Source of the DNA: Takakia lepidozioides
Lineage: Eukaryota > Plantae > Bryophyta
Assembly (NCBI GenBank): GCA_030704615.1
Contig: CM060732.1
Coordinates: 68,262,001-68,326,000 of the forward strand
DNA length: 64,000 bases
Direction: 5' to 3'
Position numbers and translations under genes: made by a program. A model generated the notes under the pieces. It searched no databases, was not told the DNA's origin, and saw nothing but the letters and a program-made list of their open reading frames with translations. Position 1 is the first letter of the stretch; the number at the start of each line of letters is the position of its first letter. This document shows positions 58,901 through 64,000 of this stretch, one piece after another.

Positions 58901-60830
58901 GGATGAGGAGCAGGAAGCTACCCTATTTGCTGCACACCCAGAGTGGGAGCAGGTTGCAGAGATGCGGCTGGAAAGCCTAAGTTGTTTAAGAGGTATCTGC
59001 TGTGGTGTAGTAACAGCAACACCAACTGAAGAGAAAACCAGCAGTTACCCATCACATTTCTATGAAGAAAGAGAAGGAGAAATGGAAATCCTAGAGGAAC
59101 CAGCCACTGTGAGCTTACAGGATGAAGTGGTGACTGGTTGGACAATCACAGCTGATGAGCAGGTGAGGGAAGTGAATGTGGGAACTAAAGAGGAACCGAG
59201 GATGGTGAAAGTAGGAGCTGATTTGGAGCCAGAACTCTTTGAAGAAGCTAAGAGCTTGTTCATCAAATACAGAGATGTATTTGCTTGGAGCTATGAGGAT
59301 CTAAAAGGGATATCACCTGAAGTCTGTTAGCATAAGATTGAACTGGAACCAGGGTCAGTACCAATCAAGCAGGCGAGGTACAGAATGAATCCCAACTACG
59401 CACAGAAGGTTGGAGAAGAGATCAAGAAGTTGGCTGAGGCTAAGTTTATATACCCAATAGAGTATACAACTTGGTTGTCACCCATTGTTATAGTTCCCAA
59501 GAAGAATGGTAAACTAAGAGTATGTGTGAACTACAAGAAGCTGAATGCTTGTACGAAGAAAGATCTTTTCCCTTTGCCATTCACAGAAGCAGTATTGGAC
59601 ACTGTGGCAGGCCATGAGATGTACTCATTCATGGATGGCTTCAGTGGTTATAATCAAGTGCAAGTGGCAGAAGAAGATCAAGGAAAGACAGCTTTCATCA
59701 CATACTGGGGTGCTTATGCATACAAAGTCATGCCCTTTGGACTTTGTAATGCACCAACAACCTTTCAGAGAGTAATAAATGAATCTTTTCATGAGTATCT
59801 GGATGATTTCATACAGGTGTTCTTGGATGATTTTAGTATGTATAGCTCTAAGAATGAGCACTTGCATAAATTTCAGTTATGTCTGGCCAGATGCAGGATG
59901 AGAGGTCTGGGCCTGAATCCAGAGAAGTGTACTTTCTGTGTGAACTCAGGGGTGCTTCTGGGACACATTGTGTGTAAGAAGGGACTTCTTGTGGATCCCA
60001 GGAAGACAGAGGCCATTAAAGCCTCTCCACCACCAGTGAATGTTAAGAGTTTAAGGAGATTCCTTGGGCAAACCAGTTATTACAGAAGATTTGTCAAAAG
60101 GTATGCACAAATGGCAGCACCATTGAGCAAGCTTCTGAAGAAAGATGCAATGTTTGCCTGGACAGCTGAATGTCAACAGGCGTTTGAGGAACTTACACTG
60201 TCAGTAACAACTACACCTGTGCTGATTAACCCTCACTGGCATGTAGTATTTCATGTTCACTGTGATGCATCAGGAGAAGCGTTGGGAGCGGTGTTAGCCC
60301 AGAATGTTACAGGGAATATAGATTCACCTGTGTACTATGCTAGCAGATTGATGAACAGTGCTGAAAGGAACTATAGCACAACTGAAAGAGAAGCACTGGC
60401 GATGATTTATGCAGTCAAGAAATTCAGGCATTACCTATTGGGAAGAAAGTTTATGTTTTATGTGGATCACCAGGCTCTGATATATCTGGTGAACAAACCT
60501 TTGATAAGTAGAAGGATAGCGAGGTGGTTAATAATCTTGCATGAGTTTGAGTTCGAAGTTATTTACAAGCCTGGCCGTTTGCATCTTGTGGCAGATCACT
60601 TGTCACGACTAACAACAGGAGAGGCCGCCACAGGAGTGGACGATTAGTTACCTGATGCAAGTTTATTTGTAATGGAGGTGCAAGGAAGTGCAGATGAATG
60701 GTTAGATTGGCAGTGGCCAATCAGATACTACCTTACTCATGGTCAATGCCCACCTAGTTATGGTAAGGAGCAGAGGAAGAGAATCGCTATCAAAGCTTTA
60801 CCTTATACTATGGTAGGAAGCAGAATGTAT
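55959..60830 (+). mobile_element. Ty3/gypsy non-chromovirus (Phygy-like) gag-pol pseudogene: gag, 3 zinc knuckles, protease, RT, RNase H; truncated at the start of integrase
   Basis: Single frame with 5 in-frame stops (56244, 56787, 58893, 59328, 60645). KYSGKGDPDVHISQF, LIDGGSGVN, VPKKNGKLRVCV, SFMDGFSGYNQ, MPFGLCNAP, FLDD, HCDASG, ERNYSTTEREALA, ADHLSR. No integrase core or 3' LTR in the window. Confidence 0.95.
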
Positions 60831-62378
60831 TTGCCACCTTTGGGCTCCCTCCTCCTACGTTTTGCCAAAGCAAGAGAGCCCATTGCTATTTGAGGCTTGC
60901 TTCATTTGATATCAATTTGATTGGTGTACTTTGCCCCGTAACCAGATGCAATAGGAGACTATGGAAAAGATTTATCATAAAGATCCATCAAAAGACAAAA
61001 AATGTGGCTCGTCTTGATACAACGAGTAGATTTGGATTATGATAAATTTTTCTTGCAAAGATGCATATCTTACATGTGTCTCTAGAAGTAGGTAATTCTA
61101 GTTAACCATGACTACTTATTGACCATCCATTGTGACCATGTATTGGGACAAAATAGAGAGAATCAAACACCATTCCCACTTCGTTTAGGCAATATCTGAA
61201 ACGGGACGATTCTCATGGCAAATAGCGTATATTGAGAACCTGTGAATCGTGGTACGTCAATTAATTTTGTTAGGTATTGTTCTATTTCGGTGGGTCGGTG
61301 GGAATTATTTTGTTTGTGGGCATGTTGGAATCAAATAGTGTACATTGATAGGCTGATTAAAATGGTCTTGATAAAGATGATGGTCTTTATATTTGATTTC
61401 AAAGGTTTGCACGTGTATGTTCTTTGCGCTACCAAACTATGCTTTTGCTCCACTTATCATTTTTAGATTCTATGTCATGTGGTGCTAATTTGGCCAACAA
61501 TTTGACCCCTTTGAGTTGGAACGAAAGTCCGTGTTTTTTATGACGGAAGTTCATCCAATATCTGATGTTGCACTTGACGGCAACAAGATCCCCTGAATGT
61601 ATCCATTCATTTGTTGTCCATTTTCATTCAGCACCTCTATAGTATTGTATATCTCGTTGCCACTTGTTTTTTGCTGTTTCACGTTAGTAGATGTTGAGTC
61701 AGTGTTTTTTGCGTTAGTTTTCTGGAGCTTTAAGCTCATATTATTTCCACCCATCCATGAAAAATCTTCGCCTCTCCTTCTCCAGCATTATGTCCATTCA
61801 GTAAGCTTATTTGCATGGTCAAATAAAAAATGGCTATCTTCGAGCAATATTGAAAATTTCACCTGTTGGAGTTTTTTTGCGAAGGATACACATTTGTAAT
61901 TGCCGGTTTTCCCAAGGTAGGGGAATTTCGAAATGCCTACAAAAATGACTACTTCCTCATGTTCCGAAGGGACATTTATGGAAGTTAGAACTTAGAACTG
62001 TACGGCAAGCGTTTTCATGTGTTGCTGACCTTTAGGGCATGTTGATCATGTGATGTAAAATTGTTGTATATTACATCCGTTATGTCTTGATGGGTAATTT
62101 CTTGAATTTCTTCATTTGTAATAGTATCTTTGGTGTCAATTTCCGCCGTTGACATGGTTGTATGAATATATACTGCAATCCGAACAACTTTGGAACATCA
62201 TGAGTATCATGCTGGTGGCCAGTGTGCAAGTGAGCTGGTCATTGGCTTGGATCATACTAGCAGTCGTAGATACAAATACCCGCTATCAAATAACTACGCA
62301 GGGATTGGAACAACATAATTATAGACACATGACAACTCCTGCATAACATTCTAGAACTAGCTAAATGCTTCATTTTTG

Positions 62379-62541
62379 AACCTAGAGGTTAGTCTAGGTT
62401 TTAGCCTGTAACCCCTACTAGACAAACTAGTTATGTGGTTTTGTCCATGTTCATCATGAACATGGACCCACTTATAGTAATAATTAGAATGTTAATGAGG
62501 TCTGGATGGATGGGCAGCGAGACCATCCATCCGACCTCATT
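62379..62541. repeat. Cluster of three short inverted repeats
   Basis: aacctaga-N6-tctaggtt (62379-62400); gtccatgttcat-c-atgaacatggac (62443-62467); aatgaggtc(t)ggatggatgg-N9-ccatccatccgacctcatt (62494-62541). Confidence 0.85.
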
Positions 62542-64000
62542 CTCCCGCCATCCCTCTCTATCCCGCCACCATCACCCCGAGTCTCTCTCTCGTTAAGCAC
62601 CTGAAGCGCATAAGGTAGAAACACCCAAATATGAGCAGGTCTCAAAATGGACCCCTATTTTTGGGGTGTAAAGTGGTCCCTCCTGCCCTTAAATGGCGAC
62701 CTTACTGCCAACGGGCTGATTTAGGTTCCTTCACGGGCATTGTGGGCCCCATGGTGCTTTGTTAGATGAACAAAAACGTACTGAATACTGTGACCAGCGT
62801 ATTTGCCAAATGGAGGCCTTTTATAGGATACCTTTTGCTCTTGTGGGCCGAGCTGTTGGGTGAGTTATTGGGCCATTTCAAGTGCACATCTCGTGCATAT
62901 CAGGTCACATGTAGGCTTCATATTAGATAATATTTCAGTGAGTTATGGTACCCTCTATAGCTCAGGCATAGCATTTTTGTGCCCTGCCACTTTGATAATA
63001 TATATATCAATTAGCCACTTCGTCCAAAATTCATGCAATTCAAACCACAAGCTGTTTGTTCAATTGCTCATCCAGTCATATAATTTTTCCCCTTACTGCA
63101 CCAATTGTATGGGCATATCTGCTTAAGCGCTCACATTTGGGTGTAACTACCTTAGTTAGCGCGGCGCTTTGAGCACCAAGCAAGCGGGGCAGAGTGAGTG
63201 AGCGCGTTGAGGAGCAAGCCTTGTTTGAGCACCAAGTGGAGAGGGAGCCTGCGTGCACTAGCGGCACTCACGGGTAAGGTCTATTTTTTTTTTGTTTTTT
63301 GTTTTTGCTCCCCTCAAGCTCTCTCCCTCTCTCGACTCTCTCTCTCTCGCCCATCGCTGGTGTAAGCAGAGCCGCGAGCTGCTGCCAACATCGTTGGGCT
63401 TTTTATTTATTTATTTATTTTTATCTATTTTGGTTTGTTTTTTTTTGTCTCTCATATCTTCCTCTCCCTCTCTTCTCTCCCTCTTTTCTCTCCCTCTTGC
63501 TCGCTTTGTCTCAGTCCCCCGCCCCATCACTGCTGGCAGTGGAGCCGTGAGCTTTGCTGCTCGCGATTTTGCCTTATTTTTAATTCTTTTTTGTTTAAGT
63601 TTTTTTTAAAAAAAAATCTGCATTTAATTCTCAAAAAAATTCCCCTCCCTCTCTCCTCTTAAGGCCCCCACGCACATCTCCGATCATCCTTGGAGGCCTA
63701 ATTCATAGGCCTAGCATTTCTCAGCATACTAAAAGAGGCTTGCATTATTATACAGATTGAGTTTTTTAAATATTAAAGATTAAAGATTATTTGGGATAAT
63801 GCATTAAAGTATCTTGTATTTAAATTAATAAAACTAACTGAATGATTCCTCGATTTGGCATTTGCAGGATTTGGGAGCCTTTTAGTGTGGTGTGAGCAAG
63901 ACTGAATATTCAATCTTGACTTGGCGCACCAATTGGAACAGTGAGTATCAACAAACTATTGCTTTTGTTTATTTTATTTATCTTGTTCATTTATCTATTT

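Noticed and set aside
55959-60830. Stop removal by U-to-C RNA editing or programmed readthrough
   Set aside because: Such editing is organellar; five scattered stops, several inside pol, fit mutational decay better

Overview
Eukaryotic nuclear DNA from a land plant, most likely a moss or other bryophyte. This is inferred from GT-AG introns, plant gene families and the transposon types; the species cannot be determined. Three intact multi-exon genes can be spliced by hand: (1) a ~1023-aa, largely disordered protein resembling the uncharacterised AT1G64050 family (+, 12835-17845), whose leader is loaded with uORFs; (2) a six-exon SWEET sugar transporter (+, 25481-28582) with atypical residues; (3) the 11-exon, ~2484-aa NBAS/Sec39 orthologue MIP2 (-, 42796-33280). 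The intergenic DNA carries non-autonomous DNA transposons: two hAT elements with 8-bp TSDs, a PIF/Harbinger MITE, a foldback element and TTAA-flanked piggyBac-like elements. From ~43.5 kb onward the window is a nested retrotransposon pile: a decayed L1 ORF2, a separate L1 ORF1, LTR-like DNA, a gag remnant, and a non-chromovirus Ty3/gypsy element with LTR, PBS, an extra 5' ORF and a gag-pol broken only by transition-type stops. The best novelty candidates are the TTAA/CCC-terminal piggyBac-like family in a land plant, the orphan 5' ORF of the gypsy element, and a 29-aa candidate conserved-peptide uORF. None can be confirmed without database searches. No CRISPR array, rRNA or intact tRNA gene was found.
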